This document shows, piece by piece, positions 27,399 to 36,942 of a stretch of 64,000 nucleotides of DNA. The stretch lies in the IMG/VR virus record IMGVR_UViG_3300027857_000004, positions 1 to 64,000 of that record; one strand, 5' to 3'. Position numbers and translations under genes: made by a program. Numbering within the stretch: the stretch's first letter is position 1; each line of letters begins with the position of its first letter. This DNA comes from a virus. The notes beneath the pieces were generated by a model. The model worked only from the letters and a program-made list of their open reading frames with translations. It did no database searches and was not told the DNA's origin.

Positions 27399-27881
27399 CT
27401 ACAGTCGGCATTTTCCAAAGTTAAGGAGAGCGAATTCTTTGTGATACCGGACAGCCGCTAAATCGTAAGCCCTTGTTGCTTTTCTTTCATCTGCAAAATA
27501 TCCCAGATGATGCTGCTTTCCGTCGAATCGTATCAGAGCTTGCCACAAGGAATACCGGGCATACCAGCTAACCCCCTTGAACTTACTGGCGCAGTTTTTA
27601 AGCTTCCTTCTGTTTCGTGAGTTTTCGCCATGCGTTGCATTTCTAATGTTTTTGCGACGGTTATCAAGCCCGTTTAAATTTTCATGGTCTCCCTGCTCAT
27701 GCCGCTTCAATCCCAGGATTAGCCTATGCATGCGTATCGTGCCGACACCCGGTTGGCGCCGCAGCGCGTATTTGCGCCCGTCTTTCTTGGTCTCAATTTG
27801 CCACTTTCATTGGCTAAGCCATTCAAAATCACAATCATCAACCAAAGCAAACTGACCCTGCGTAAGTGGTATGCGCTTCAT
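27399..27881 (-). pseudogene. HNH-AP2 homing endonuclease with in-frame TGA at codon 25
   Basis: Reads MKRIPLTQGQFALVDDCDFEWLSQ*KWQ...MHRLI...DH.N.NGLDNRR.N.R. TGA (27807-27809) sits where paralogues in this genome have Trp (WLNQWKW). Confidence 0.85.
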
Positions 27882-28561
27882 TCGGACAGTTCCTCCTTAA
27901 GTTTCGCAATTGCACGATTCCAGGTGACTCCAATCCAGGCGCGGCTGCAATTGAATTCTTCTCCTGCTTCCCGAAACGAAAAGCCAGTGTGCCGGATGAA
28001 AAGAATAACGGCGCGCTCAAACGGCGTAAGGCAGCCGATAACTTTTTCAATCGCTTCCCACTGTTCTTTCGCGTCAATCGCGCTGAAGTCAGGTTCAACT
28101 TTGCCTTCGATTTCTCCGCTTTCATCAACGCCTTCGATTTCTCTTTCTATTCCTCTCCGGCTAGCGGTGCGGTCTCTACCCTCTTCGATATATGCATCCC
28201 AGCTCGTGGTGTGCGCCTTTTTCACTGTCTCTAAGCCTCTCCAGTATTCGGTCAGCAAACCGCGGAGAGCTTTCTTGGCGAAATGAAAATACCTTCCATG
28301 TTTCGGGTCAAAGTTTCGAGCTGCCCGGTCAAGAGCTTTGTAGGACACGCTCACTAATTCACCATCTTCAACTTGGTGCTTGGACAGCTCTCGCAGATAC
28401 AACACTGCCTCCCGCAAGGAATGCTCAATCAGAAAATTAATCGCCTCTCGGTCTCCCTTGCGACGCTTGATTCGGCCTGCGTAATGGCGCTCTTGCTCGA
28501 CCGTCAGCGGCTCATCGAGAAGCTGTTTAAACACTATGCTTTCTTCGGTTGTGGTGCTCAT
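27878..28561 (-). CDS. Phage RNA polymerase sigma factor (sigma70-family regions 2 and 4)
   Basis: LT.EQE...GDREAINFLIE.SLR...ELVS...AL.RAARNFDP.HG.YF.FA; C-terminal LTPFERAVI...GFSFREAGEEFNCSR HTH. Confidence 0.85.
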   Translation of the reverse strand: MSTTTEESIVFKQLLDEPLTVEQERHYAGRIKRRKGDREAINFLIEHSLREAVLYLRELSKHQVEDGELVSVSYKALDRAARNFDPKHGRYFHFAKKALRGLLTEYWRGLETVKKAHTTSWDAYIEEGRDRTASRRGIEREIEGVDESGEIEGKVEPDFSAIDAKEQWEAIEKVIGCLTPFERAVILFIRHTGFSFREAGEEFNCSRAWIGVTWNRAIAKLKEELSE

Positions 28562-30705
28562 GGTTGTGGTGGCTTAGAAAAGGTCCAGACTCTCGTCTTG
28601 CTGTTCGCATCAGTGCTGACTTCCGCTTTGACCGAATTCTCTTTCTGAAGTTGCTCTAAATACCGGTTAGACTGCTCCAACCGCAAGCTGCGGAGAATCG
28701 ATTCGTTGAGCGGGTTCGACATCAACAACCGGTTAATAGCAGAGACTGTGCCGGACCAAACGCTCTCGCTCGGATTTTCACGGAACCATTGCGCGAGAGA
28801 GTCGAGCAGAATTTCCTTAAAAGGCGCACTCGGGTTCGTCTGATTGCATTGTTCAAGCAGACTCGGCTCTTGAAAACTCACGAATCCGTATCGCGGGTCG
28901 CGTTCGATTTCGTCCGACACTTTCCAGTCGAGCAGCCATCGTGCGTAGTAGGGCAGCTCGGCGCGGATGAACCGGATTGTGTCTTCTCGATTCGGGAATT
29001 TAAATGCGCGCCCTTCGTTATCTGCGATGCAGCGGAAAAGATTAAGCTTATCGAGAGAGCTGTTGTCAAGCGGGCCGATAATTCGACTTGACTGAAAATC
29101 GAGATTTGCGGTGATGCCTAACCGGCCAACCCATTGAACCATACAAGGAACTTCGAACTTCTTATGAAATTCCCACTCCGAGTTGGCCGCAATTTTTTTG
29201 AACAGCATATGCGTCCGATTTGCAGTTGCGTAGCTCGAAGTAGGCGTGTCATCATCTAACACCATGTGAGGCACCGCTAACAACTGAGAATTAAATGTTC
29301 CGCCGTCGACCAAAAATCCGCTTGCATCCGCAAAACCCCCAACAAGAGTGCCTATGATTTGACGATTCACAAAAGTCTTACCGATGCCCACGCCTCCTTG
29401 CAACACAAGATTCTGTCCAGGCCGCGGCATCCACAGATAAGCGCTTTCGTAATAATATTTCAACCATGCGTTGAACCGGATAAGCTGCTCCGGAGGGTCA
29501 AACAGAGTCAAGAAAAAGGTAGAGATAAATGGAAAGTTTCCCACGCTTCCGAAAATCTGTGCCCCGATAGCGGGTTCAAGTGGCTTGCTATCGTAAATGT
29601 TGAGTGTCCGCTTGCCCTGGTATTCAATCAACCCGGGTCGCATAAAAACAAATGGCGCTGCTCCTACCACGCGCTGTTGGCAATGAATGTGGTCCAGAGC
29701 CCTGTCGACAGCTGAATGGCCCTGCCCATCCGGCTTAGCAGACATTCTGCAGGACACTTTCAAGTAATTTGTAAACTCTCCTCGCTCCGAGCTAGCCCAA
29801 CTCTCACCAATCTTTCGATGGTATCGGTGCCCATCAAAATAAATGTCCGAGGTTCCGGCTGCGACAGATTTTTCTGCAAACTCTGTGATGAATTCCTTGC
29901 CCAAAATCGATGCCCAATCATAAAACATCTTCGTCGCATGCGCCGAAAACGTCAGCATGCCTTCGGCTTTGACGATGGCTGAAAGCGGAGAAACTGATTC
30001 TGGAATAAAAAACGACGGCCCTTGGGAACCTTCCGCAAACTCTCCAGGCCAGTTGAAATTTGGGAATTTTTCTTTGATAGCCTTTTCCACCACATCGAGA
30101 CCTACATTCACCTGCGCCATTTCTTTGAAGCGGAAAGCTTGCGCTATCTTCACGAAGTGGGCCTGAAGCTTCGAAAAAGGCACCGGTCCATGCCCCGTAG
30201 CTTTCCAAATATCGCCTCGACAAAACAATCGGCTAGTCGTTGTCAGCGCGGGCAAGTCGAGAGCCGGAAGCAGATTTAGATTCAAAAATTTCTCGCACGA
30301 TTGAAGAAAGTAAACTCCAAAATCATTCCCGTCGACCAGCAATGGACGTTCTAAAATCCAGATGAGCCTTCGGTTTCCGCCAAGGGAGGTTTCCACCCAG
30401 GACGCTTTTACCGGCATACTTTCGAGAGCTTCATCAATGCGTGCATCGGGAATAGGAATGTCGTAATCGGCTACGATGGCATGAACCGCACGAACCGGAT
30501 TGTCTTTACCGCAGCGCACCCCCGCGTTTACGCCTTCGAGACCGCTATAGAAGCAGTGCCGGGTAGCCGGATTCTGATAAAAATTTTGACGCTCGTGCTT
30601 GTCTTTGCGTATCTGCTCCGTGATTTGTTCTGTGACTTGAAATTCCCAAGGCAGCCCAGGAACGACGGATTGAGTAACGAGATTCGGGGCAAAGAAAAAA
30701 TTCAT
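28558..30705 (-). CDS. DNA primase/helicase (prim-pol-like N-terminus plus P-loop NTPase)
   Basis: VADYD and ETS.GGN motifs N-terminally; LVLQGGVGIGKT Walker A, VLDD Walker B and ITAN. Confidence 0.75.
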   Translation of the reverse strand: MNFFFAPNLVTQSVVPGLPWEFQVTEQITEQIRKDKHERQNFYQNPATRHCFYSGLEGVNAGVRCGKDNPVRAVHAIVADYDIPIPDARIDEALESMPVKASWVETSLGGNRRLIWILERPLLVDGNDFGVYFLQSCEKFLNLNLLPALDLPALTTTSRLFCRGDIWKATGHGPVPFSKLQAHFVKIAQAFRFKEMAQVNVGLDVVEKAIKEKFPNFNWPGEFAEGSQGPSFFIPESVSPLSAIVKAEGMLTFSAHATKMFYDWASILGKEFITEFAEKSVAAGTSDIYFDGHRYHRKIGESWASSERGEFTNYLKVSCRMSAKPDGQGHSAVDRALDHIHCQQRVVGAAPFVFMRPGLIEYQGKRTLNIYDSKPLEPAIGAQIFGSVGNFPFISTFFLTLFDPPEQLIRFNAWLKYYYESAYLWMPRPGQNLVLQGGVGIGKTFVNRQIIGTLVGGFADASGFLVDGGTFNSQLLAVPHMVLDDDTPTSSYATANRTHMLFKKIAANSEWEFHKKFEVPCMVQWVGRLGITANLDFQSSRIIGPLDNSSLDKLNLFRCIADNEGRAFKFPNREDTIRFIRAELPYYARWLLDWKVSDEIERDPRYGFVSFQEPSLLEQCNQTNPSAPFKEILLDSLAQWFRENPSESVWSGTVSAINRLLMSNPLNESILRSLRLEQSNRYLEQLQKENSVKAEVSTDANSKTRVWTFSKPPQP

Positions 30706-30941
30706 GCGAAATTTGGACTGGCGAATTCATTTCCGTCCTGGTGGTCCGTCCGAATCCTTGGTTCAGTCAATCCGAGGATTTGCCGGTGCATGTAGACATA
30801 CCTTTTGCGGCCTTCGCGCCGCGCGGCATGCCAGAGACCGGTTGGCCTTTTCTGTGCGGTCCATTTCCATTGATTCAACCAATCAAAATCAGCGTCATCA
30901 ACCAAAGCAAACTGGCCTTGAGTAAGCGGTATCTTTTTCAT
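30702..30941 (-). pseudogene. Truncated HNH(-AP2) homing endonuclease remnant
   Basis: Paralogous N-terminus MKKIPLTQGQFALVDDADFDWLNQWKW...YMHRQIL...DHQDGN, then stops before the HNH Asn residues and the AP2 domain. Confidence 0.8.
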
Positions 30942-32917
30942 TTCAGGTAGTGCTGGACTTCCTTAGCTTCGGCGCCGATGGGACAGCCGGGCAGCCATTC
31001 CGGCGTCTTGCTCATTTCGTGTTCGACATCGCGTGCGGTCACGCTTTTGTCCACTTCCAGAATTGCTTCGTCGTGACTTGAGAAAAGGTTGCACCAGCCG
31101 TTGGAGTCCATCCGCACAACTGACTCGCCGAACACGTCGCGTGCGATTGCCTGGGTGACGTTCTCGACAATCTTTCCGCCATACCAAGGAAGCCGCCGGT
31201 GTCCGTCAGTGGTTGCGGTGTATTCCCAGTTGCGGCGCGGCTTGCCGGTCTCTGGGTCTTTAACAATCTTGAGCACTCCTTTGATGTCGGCGTAGCACAT
31301 TTTGCGTCCGTTGGGCAGCGTCACCGGCATGTTGCCGCCAATGCTCCGGCGAAATGCGTCGTCCATTTTCTCCCACAGTTTCACAATCTTCGGATTATTC
31401 TTGCGGAATCCGTCAACCAGATTGCGCGCGAATGTTCCATAGCCGGGCACTGTTTTGACTTTGCCGGTAGCTTGGTCCGTCACCTCGACTGTCTCCGGGT
31501 CAGTCTCAGTCAGGTCCATGCCGCTCTCTTTTAACGCGGTGCTGATAAACTTTTTCCAACCCGCTTGATAACCCAGCTGCAGCACCTGGATTTTAATCAG
31601 CTTGTATTCTTTAGATGCTTTGTCCATCTTCGGACCGCTGTAACCCATCGTCGTTCGTGCAAACGATTCGTATATCGACATTCCCCCTGATATTTTTTCG
31701 AGCAGTTCCTTGTTACCGGTCAGCCAACCCAGCACACGCGGCTCGATTTGTGCAAGGTCACTGACTATCATTTTAGTGCCTGGACGCGGAATAATCAGAG
31801 CCCGAAAATCGATAGTGCCCTTCACCCAGGTTGGGTAGGCGCCGGTGTCGTCAAATTGCTCCATCGCGGCAAAAACTCGCCGGTCGTCGGTCTCCATCAG
31901 GCAGTGTTCGTTTTGGAAGACGGGAACCTTCCGCATGTTTTGCATGTTGATTCGTGCGTCACCGGACCACCGTCCTGTGTGCGCCCCGAAATACTTCAAA
32001 CTGAACGGCATTATACCGTCGTCATTTAGCCGCCTTTTGACAAGTAAGAGAGTCTTATATAGCTTATTAATACTTCTCCATGCGGTCACCGCGAAAATCC
32101 AGGGATGCTGCGGAGCGTAGGTGTCTTCCCACTCCTGGTAAGCTTCGGCGTCTCTCGTTTTCACCGGCGGCGCCGGGATTCCTTTCCGTCTGCACTGCTC
32201 GACTATGCATTTCGTTGACGTGGGCGAGGCGTTGAATTCATCCCAATCGTCTGAGTCGTCGTCCTGCATCCACGGAATCTCTTTCGTGGTTCGCATGAGC
32301 ATGTCATGAGAGCGATTGAGATATTCATGGAGAAGTTCGACGTTGATTTGCACTCCGTGCATGCCCTGCTCAATTGTCAGGTCAGATAATCGCTGCTCGA
32401 CACTCGGCATCTGCGCAGAAAAATCGTTCCACAACCTCCAGCACCACAGCGCGTCATCCTTTGCGTAGCGCAGCATGTTGACCCGCTCTTGCTCGGAGAA
32501 GTCATTCGGCCAGCGCTTGCCTTCTGCGTTTGCCCTAGCGGATTTATCTAGCTTGATTTTAAAAAGGTGCTCAACCGCTGCATCTAACGAGCGGCGATTA
32601 CAGAGATAGCTGGTCAGGTTCGCTGTGCACTTCCATCCGGCAAAATTGATTTTCGGTGCGAGTTTCTGTTCCACCAGACGGTTGTAAACCGTTTGGTCAA
32701 ATCGGCGATTGTGGCTCAGCAGGACTTTCCCGTCCAGCGCATTCCAATTAAATTCGGACGGATGCCCAGACCACGCTCGCTCGCCGTCGCAATATGAAAG
32801 CATGTAGGTATCAAACAGCTCATGCTGAACGTATTCCTCCGGCAGATTGCCGGACACGCTACACTTCAATTTGCGGCTGTAGAATGTTTCGAAGTCGATT
32901 GAGACAAATTTAGACAC
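30938..32917 (-). CDS. DNA polymerase family A with 3'-5' exonuclease
   Basis: IDFET (ExoI), HN..FD (ExoII), Y...D (ExoIII), TGRWSG..INMQN, SDLAQIEPRV (motif A), K...L.LGY (motif B), HDE (motif C); GTG start at 32917 after a promoter. Confidence 0.92.
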   Translation of the reverse strand: MSKFVSIDFETFYSRKLKCSVSGNLPEEYVQHELFDTYMLSYCDGERAWSGHPSEFNWNALDGKVLLSHNRRFDQTVYNRLVEQKLAPKINFAGWKCTANLTSYLCNRRSLDAAVEHLFKIKLDKSARANAEGKRWPNDFSEQERVNMLRYAKDDALWCWRLWNDFSAQMPSVEQRLSDLTIEQGMHGVQINVELLHEYLNRSHDMLMRTTKEIPWMQDDDSDDWDEFNASPTSTKCIVEQCRRKGIPAPPVKTRDAEAYQEWEDTYAPQHPWIFAVTAWRSINKLYKTLLLVKRRLNDDGIMPFSLKYFGAHTGRWSGDARINMQNMRKVPVFQNEHCLMETDDRRVFAAMEQFDDTGAYPTWVKGTIDFRALIIPRPGTKMIVSDLAQIEPRVLGWLTGNKELLEKISGGMSIYESFARTTMGYSGPKMDKASKEYKLIKIQVLQLGYQAGWKKFISTALKESGMDLTETDPETVEVTDQATGKVKTVPGYGTFARNLVDGFRKNNPKIVKLWEKMDDAFRRSIGGNMPVTLPNGRKMCYADIKGVLKIVKDPETGKPRRNWEYTATTDGHRRLPWYGGKIVENVTQAIARDVFGESVVRMDSNGWCNLFSSHDEAILEVDKSVTARDVEHEMSKTPEWLPGCPIGAEAKEVQHYLK

Positions 32918-32924
32918 GGAAACT

Positions 32925-32953
32925 AGCTTGGCAGGAAAAAGAAACGGGCACAA
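32925..32953 (-). promoter_or_regulatory. sigma70-like promoter of the DNA polymerase operon (leaderless)
   Basis: TTGTGC-N17-CAAGCT with extended TG, GTG start 7 nt downstream. Confidence 0.5.
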
Positions 32954-32980
32954 CTCGTTTTGAGCGAGCTGTGCCCGTTT
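32942..32980 (-). terminator. Intrinsic terminator overlapping the polymerase promoter -35 element
   Basis: Hairpin AAACGGGCACA...TGTGCCCGTTT, followed on the minus strand by CTTTTT. Confidence 0.7.
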
Positions 32981-32983
32981 GAA

Positions 32984-33328
32984 TTAGCGCGTTGCACGCG
33001 CCGTGCAGCCGACTGTTGGTTGTCTCTTTATCTTATTCTGGATGATTCGACCAATGAGCCGATTCAGTTCCGGTTCCAGCCGGTCCATTAGCGCGCCGGT
33101 GGTGAACCGCAATTCGGTTTCCAGCGGCTCGTCTAAAGTCACCGGATTGTTGTTGCGAATGTTTCGGATGAGGCATTCCACGTCTGTCAGCGTCTCCGTG
33201 ATGAAGTCCTGGCCCACACGGGTGAACTTTCCCGCTCGGAACTTTTTTGAGCAAGCGAGTGCGTGCTCACGGATGGCGGATTCGTTCAGATACCGGCCCG
33301 AAGCTAAGTCCAGCGTTTCACTACTCAT
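32984..33328 (-). CDS. Hypothetical protein
   Basis: 114-aa ORF with AGGAGG upstream of the ATG. Confidence 0.65.
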   Translation of the reverse strand: MSSETLDLASGRYLNESAIREHALACSKKFRAGKFTRVGQDFITETLTDVECLIRNIRNNNPVTLDEPLETELRFTTGALMDRLEPELNRLIGRIIQNKIKRQPTVGCTARATR

Positions 33329-33452
33329 CGATACGCCTCCTTCTGTCGGTCCGCATAACACGTATTGCAGAGCGTGACTTTTCGGCGCAAATCGCTAAAG
33401 CCCGGTTAACTGTCTCGTGCAGCGTTTCAAAATATATGTCACTCATGCCATC

Positions 33453-33481
33453 AAACTAGCACGGCGTTTAAACGGGCGCAA
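33453..33481 (-). promoter_or_regulatory. sigma70-like promoter (leaderless, 41-aa ORF from 33446)
   Basis: AAAAACGAG-TTGCGC-N17-TAGTTT with extended TG; ATG 6 nt downstream. Confidence 0.65.
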
Positions 33482-33499
33482 CTCGTTTTTGAAAGATTT

Positions 33500-33530
33500 A
33501 AGGGCAGCTGATGCTTTCACCAGCTGCCCT
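33500..33530 (-). terminator. Hairpin downstream of the SSB-like gene
   Basis: AGGGCAGCTG...CAGCTGCCCT perfect 10-bp stem; a second hairpin TTGCTCAT/ATGAGCAA is adjacent. Confidence 0.55.
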
Positions 33531-33573
33531 AATGCTTGCTCATAATCATGAGCAACCAGCGCGCCAAAACCAA

Positions 33574-34437
33574 CTAGCTGCTTGAACCGCCGGGGAGAAC
33601 TTCACGGACGAATTCCATAAAAGCTTCGCTTGACTTCTCCTTTGGTAAGGCAACGGGCACCCAGGCGGCGTGACCACCGGGATACTTGTCTTCGCGGGAA
33701 CTTACGGAGTAAGACCAGCTCGGAAAACCTCCGTGGCGGAGGGCGCCTAAGCGACGAGCGGGAAATAATGTCTTCTTGCACAACTGAGTGTAACTCGTGC
33801 CACGGACTGCCCACAAAGCTAACGCAACTTTCTTTCCGGCAACGTCATAGACAAAGACTGTCCCGTCATCGGCGATTGCTTCGGGCTTCTCAATGGCAAC
33901 CATACAGTCGGCCAACGGTTCAAACCGCTTCATGCCGGAATCTTTTTTGAGCTGCCACTCGCGATAATCCAGAGTGCCTCCGTTCGCGCGCACTTCCTCT
34001 TCACTCGCGACGAGCAGACCGCGGGCGCCACCTTCGCACTTTTCTGCGTAGCGAGTAGGTCGGAACCCAAGAAATGTCATCGTCACGGGCGGAGTCGCCG
34101 CGCGCTTCAACGTGCTGGTCTTTGCCTCGATGATGGCGGGCAAGAAAAGAACGAGCTGCTGGCCATAGAGAATCGAGCCGGATTCGAATGACTGCGATAA
34201 GTCACCTATGTTCTGCACAATGTTGCAGCGAGGGAGCTGCATGTCAGAGAAGTCCGGCAAAAGGTCTCCGAGCAGAAAAGACTGCCTCGCCGGTGCGGCG
34301 AATGACGACGCTATCGCGGGCAGCTGCGTGCCCGGAACGGCGGGCGACGGTTTAGCCGGTTCTTGCGTTACGGTGGCCGCAACTTCCACGACCGGAGTCG
34401 CGGGGTTCGCGGGGTTATTGCTGAGATTCACTTCCAT
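33574..34437 (-). CDS. Putative ssDNA-binding / replication accessory protein
   Basis: SDMQLPRCNIVQ..G motif near the N-terminus; lies between the exonuclease and the polymerase. Positional inference. Confidence 0.5.
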   Translation of the reverse strand: MEVNLSNNPANPATPVVEVAATVTQEPAKPSPAVPGTQLPAIASSFAAPARQSFLLGDLLPDFSDMQLPRCNIVQNIGDLSQSFESGSILYGQQLVLFLPAIIEAKTSTLKRAATPPVTMTFLGFRPTRYAEKCEGGARGLLVASEEEVRANGGTLDYREWQLKKDSGMKRFEPLADCMVAIEKPEAIADDGTVFVYDVAGKKVALALWAVRGTSYTQLCKKTLFPARRLGALRHGGFPSWSYSVSSREDKYPGGHAAWVPVALPKEKSSEAFMEFVREVLPGGSSS

Positions 34438-34450
34438 ACGTTTGTTCTTT

Positions 34451-35707
34451 CTATTTTTGAATGTTTGTGTTTTCTGCGTTCTCATCGGATTTGACACTAG
34501 GTCTAGCCTTGAGAAAAGTAAATGGCGGCTGCTTCACAACTGCGCCCAGCTCTTCAACTTGCTTTTTGAACTTTTCGACCCAGGCTTGCTTTTGTCCCCG
34601 AGGCGCTTTCTCCGCGATGAGCCCTTCCACTGCGCCGAACGTGGTGTCAAGGGTAGAAGCGAATTCGGCAGCCGTGATATAATCAAGCGCAGCCTCCCGA
34701 TATTTTTTCAGGTCAACTAACTCGCGCTTTTCGGTCGTCTGAAGAGAGAATCCGATGGGCACCGGAGCGTCTCCCCGTAAGACTCGGTCCGACAGGACGG
34801 ACTTGAATGCCTTCGCCCACACGCTGACAATCGATGCCAGCTGGAGAGCGAGCTTGGTCTGGTTCGGGTCCATTATCTGAGTAGGCGTGATTGAGTCAGG
34901 CATTTCGAGCGGGTGAAACTTTTTGCCGATTTGCAAGAAAAGATTCAGCGCTTTGTCGCACTTGCCGAGGTGCTCACAGAAACCACAAACGGGCGAATAC
35001 GGAGCAGCCATAGAAAAGTCCCCCTTTGCTCTCGCTTCACGAGCGCGAGCCACTGTCGCACACACGCGCGCATAGTGCATTGGAATTTCCTGCCGTGCGA
35101 TTTTCGAATACGTAATGGGTCTCTCAGTGACGTGCGGCTGGAGAAAATCGACATACACTTCTTGGACTTTCGGATAGTGGTGAAACACTCCGAGTGCGTA
35201 TGCGATGCCCTGCAGGTTTTCTTCCGCGTGAGTAACCGGCCAAATGCCATACTTATAATCGAGAATCACCGCTTTTTTCTGGTCCCACGAAAGTAGTAGC
35301 TTGTCCAGGTAACCAGCGGTTGTGGCGACCGTGCCGTCGTCGTAAATCCGGTCATCTATTCGCAGATAGCACTCGTTAATGTCGAGCACTTGCATTTCGA
35401 AATCGGCGGGGTGCGCCGGGTTCTGAGGCTCGTCGCGTTTGTATCGAGCTTCAACAGCTTCCTCAATGAGCTGCTGCTTACGCATCGCAACATGCTCTAA
35501 ACACTGAGCGACAGCAGCGGAGTCTTCGTCACTGATTCGCTCGTCATCGGTCTCTTTCTCAGCCGCGCCGTGCGAGCGGGTTCCGGCAATGGTGCGCTCA
35601 TGCAGTTTCTTCGGCTGCCGGGATTTGTAGCACGGACACGCTTCGAGCGATTCAAGCGTGCTCGGAGAGGTTGGATGGTGCGGGCGTTCTTTAATCTCGG
35701 TGTCCAT
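34451..35707 (-). CDS. PD-(D/E)XK / Cas4-like exonuclease (DUF2800-like)
   Basis: HH..SPS......CP, GT..H, GYLD...ILDYKYG...A.EN.Q..AY, CGFC....C. Confidence 0.8.
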   Translation of the reverse strand: MDTEIKERPHHPTSPSTLESLEACPCYKSRQPKKLHERTIAGTRSHGAAEKETDDERISDEDSAAVAQCLEHVAMRKQQLIEEAVEARYKRDEPQNPAHPADFEMQVLDINECYLRIDDRIYDDGTVATTAGYLDKLLLSWDQKKAVILDYKYGIWPVTHAEENLQGIAYALGVFHHYPKVQEVYVDFLQPHVTERPITYSKIARQEIPMHYARVCATVARAREARAKGDFSMAAPYSPVCGFCEHLGKCDKALNLFLQIGKKFHPLEMPDSITPTQIMDPNQTKLALQLASIVSVWAKAFKSVLSDRVLRGDAPVPIGFSLQTTEKRELVDLKKYREAALDYITAAEFASTLDTTFGAVEGLIAEKAPRGQKQAWVEKFKKQVEELGAVVKQPPFTFLKARPSVKSDENAENTNIQK

Positions 35708-36176
35708 ATTTCTCTCTCATTTCTCGGTAACTTTTTATAGCGTGGCAATTGGCGCAACGCACCTCACATTTTTCTATTTCATCTAAGACCAACGACCACT
35801 GCCGGGTTCTACCTTCTCCAATAGTAAAGCATTTCGTTCCTCTGACGTGGTCAAAGTGTAAAGCTGCCGGATGCTTGTTATAGCCACAATCGAGGCACCC
35901 TCTGGAGGATTTTATTTTGTTAATTTCCTGATGCCGCCATCCAAGACTTTTTCGGCTCCATCCGGCGATTCGTTTTTTGCAGGCAGGGCACCTGACGTGA
36001 TAAGTGCAAGCCGGTCCACTGTTAAGCGGGCACCGCCAATTTTGTCGATTGTTTTTTCGAGTAGCCGCGGCGCGCGCTCGATTAACGTCTCGTGTTTTTA
36101 TACAAGCGGCACAAGGAAAATGATACCGACAACCCTCGGTGCCGGATGGGCATTTAAATTTGAGAATATGCGACAT
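35691..36176 (-). CDS. HNH endonuclease with duplicated Cys-rich N-terminal repeat
   Basis: C.DCG...L.FDHVRG.K...EIEKCEVRCANCH; two CP....C.YH..C.AC repeats. Confidence 0.85.
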   Translation of the reverse strand: MSHILKFKCPSGTEGCRYHFPCAACIKTRDVNRARAAATRKNNRQNWRCPLNSGPACTYHVRCPACKKRIAGWSRKSLGWRHQEINKIKSSRGCLDCGYNKHPAALHFDHVRGTKCFTIGEGRTRQWSLVLDEIEKCEVRCANCHAIKSYREMREKYGHRD

Positions 36177-36421
36177 TAAACTTCTCCACCTTCGGTAGCC
36201 AAAAGCTCTCGTAGTTTTGCTTGAACACGAAAAAGAGCTTGGCATTCAATCCTGCGCACCATAGTGTCCGATATACCGAGCGCTCTGCCCACTTCTGTCA
36301 GACCTTTCCGCTTGTCGAGCTGGTCTGCGATTGCGGCGCCGATTCGCATTTGCTCACGAAACGCGACCGTTTTCTGCTGCGGGATATAACTGGGCTTCCC
36401 TGCTTTTCGAGGTGTGCTCAT
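36176..36421 (-). CDS. sigma70 region 4-like HTH protein
   Basis: LTEVGRALGISDTMVRRIECQALFRV. Confidence 0.7.
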   Translation of the reverse strand: MSTPRKAGKPSYIPQQKTVAFREQMRIGAAIADQLDKRKGLTEVGRALGISDTMVRRIECQALFRVQAKLRELLATEGGEV

Positions 36422-36422
36422 A

Positions 36423-36635
36423 TTACAGCCAGATTGGAGTAGCGGGTGGCACAGATGTCCGGTAAACCTGGAACGCATCAGTGACGGCGTAGAAAGCTCG
36501 ACTGCATTTCGCTGGTTTGGTGCCGCTGCGTTCCCGACTGTGCGTCGTCAACGACTTTTCGAGATTGGCGGTGTCTGTTGGCCGGAGACCGAGGTGGTCG
36601 CGAGGCTCTGCTGTTTCGGATAGGGCAATTTGCAT
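36423..36635 (-). CDS. Hypothetical protein
   Basis: 70-aa ORF whose ATG is 9 nt below a TTGTGT-N17-TACATT promoter (36645-36673). Confidence 0.5.
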   Translation of the reverse strand: MQIALSETAEPRDHLGLRPTDTANLEKSLTTHSRERSGTKPAKCSRAFYAVTDAFQVYRTSVPPATPIWL

Positions 36636-36681
36636 ATTTCAATTAATGTATCAGTTTTCGACCACCTACACAACTCATCTT

Positions 36682-36714
36682 TTTTCGCGCGGGTGGCTGG
36701 TTAGCGCGCGAAAA
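36682..36714 (-). terminator. Hairpin terminator after the 36729..36923 gene
   Basis: TTTTCGCGCG...CGCGCGAAAA inverted repeat. Confidence 0.5.
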
Positions 36715-36728
36715 TAAATTAAATTCAA

Positions 36729-36923
36729 TTAATAGCTCGACATGACTTTCTTCGCCATGCTGTCCTGGGCCGGTTTGCCTGTCGGTTTCCAGCCATGCTC
36801 GACCGCATTCAGCAATCGCTTCTGACGCGCCGCCTTGGCAGGAGTGGTGGCTTTCGCTTTGATTCCGCCGGGCGTTCGGACCTGGACTTTTCCTTTGCCC
36901 ACTGATTTCATTTTGACTGGCAT
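36729..36923 (-). CDS. Small basic protein
   Basis: 64 aa, Lys-rich, RLLNAVEHGWKPTG; own CGACT promoter (36929-36959) and a downstream hairpin. Confidence 0.75.
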   Translation of the reverse strand: MPVKMKSVGKGKVQVRTPGGIKAKATTPAKAARQKRLLNAVEHGWKPTGKPAQDSMAKKVMSSY

Positions 36924-36942
36924 ACCTCTAATAGTCGGCGAT

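Noticed and set aside
27807-27809. TGA at a conserved Trp position suggesting genetic code 4 recoding
   Set aside because: Single case; TGA terminates many other genes (often in ATGA overlaps), long genes are intact in code 11, and no suppressor tRNA is seen.
34451-35707. Cas4-like nuclease as part of a CRISPR system
   Set aside because: Stand-alone phage exonuclease in a replication context; no array or other cas genes.
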